Part shown: positions 63,538 through 64,000 of the stretch, in pieces | Numbering within the stretch: position 1 is the stretch's first letter | Layout of the letters: each line of letters begins with the position of its first letter | NCBI GenBank assembly: GCA_963662625.1 | Contig: OY759726.1 | Coordinates: 128,001-192,000 of the forward strand | Length of the DNA stretch: 64,000 bases | Direction: 5' to 3' | Source of the DNA: Nitrosopumilus sp. | GTDB lineage: Archaea > Thermoproteota > Nitrososphaeria > Nitrososphaerales > Nitrosopumilaceae | Notes under the pieces: model-generated | Databases searched by the model: none | Told to the model about the DNA's origin: nothing | What the model saw: the letters and a program-made list of their open reading frames with translations, nothing else | Program-made: the position numbers and the translations under genes

Positions 63538-64000
63538 TTGCTCACGACAGAGAACGTCACGGCGACCGCGGACTGCGGGAGGAAGGTGGACATCGAGAGG
63601 CTGGCGAGGCACTCGGGCGCCCTGATGGACTTTGAGTTCCACGCCGTGAAGTTCAGCTTCAACATCCCGTCCCCCGCGGGGGAAAAGCAGGCGGTGGTGT
63701 CCGTGTACTCCACCGGGAAGGTGGTGTGCCTCGGCGCCAACACTGTGTCCAGGGCCGTCTCCTTCACGGGGAAGGTGCTGGCCATGCTGGGGTGCGGGGG
63801 CGCGGAGGTCGGGGTCTCCCGCGTCATGATGAACGGCTCGCTGGACGCTGGCCCAGGGGCCGACGCGTACTCCAGGGTGGGGGAGCTGAAAAAGGAGTTC
63901 AGGGTCGGGGTGGACACGGAGGTGATGGGCGGGGTGATGGTGCTCAATGCCGGCGGCGTCAGGGTCCAGCTCACGCCGAGGGAGGGGGGGACCAACGTCG
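63538..64000 (+). CDS. Divergent TATA-binding-protein (TBP)-like protein, partial
   Basis: Hand translation: MLTTENVTATADCGRKVDIERLA...VVSVYSTGKVVCLGANT, matching TBP ENIVA...IFSSGKVVCTGA; TTAAAT box at 63510. Confidence 0.75.
   Translation, partial: MLTTENVTATADCGRKVDIERLARHSGALMDFEFHAVKFSFNIPSPAGEKQAVVSVYSTGKVVCLGANTVSRAVSFTGKVLAMLGCGGAEVGVSRVMMNGSLDAGPGADAYSRVGELKKEFRVGVDTEVMGGVMVLNAGGVRVQLTPREGGTNV

Overview
This GC-rich window looks archaeal and is best read as part of a large conjugative or integrative mobile element of a Nitrosopumilaceae/Cenarchaeum-like thaumarchaeon. The evidence is TATA boxes about 20-23 nt before leaderless starts, TBP-, TFB- and Alba-like genes, class III signal pilins and a CFI-box-CTERM domain. 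It has three zones. (1) 1-21.7 kb is an all-minus-strand accessory region built from repeated modules. An 81-aa SAMP/MoaD/CysO-like ubiquitin-like domain ending in PAVAGG is fused N-terminally to five different cargos here, with a sixth at 35-36.5 kb, and a JAB/MPN+ protease lies inside the array. The region also holds ArdC, tandem GHKL ATPases, mini zinc fingers, repeated hairpin-rich leaders and two canonical hammerhead ribozymes predicted to cut 1-2 nt before an AUG. (2) About 22.8-31.8 kb is a lower-GC defence island: Dcm, NurA, HerA, a BsuBI/PstI-type R-M pair and a TIR protein. (3) 31.9-64 kb is a maintenance, surface and transfer module: DsbA, ParM-like, MTase, TM0106 nuclease, prepilin peptidase, ParB-like, TFB-like, pilins, TadC-like, VirD4/TraD-like ATPase, secreted nucleases, Alba and TBP-like. 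I saw no tRNA, rRNA, CRISPR array, integrase or E1 enzyme. All protein family calls come from motif recognition by eye, not database searches.
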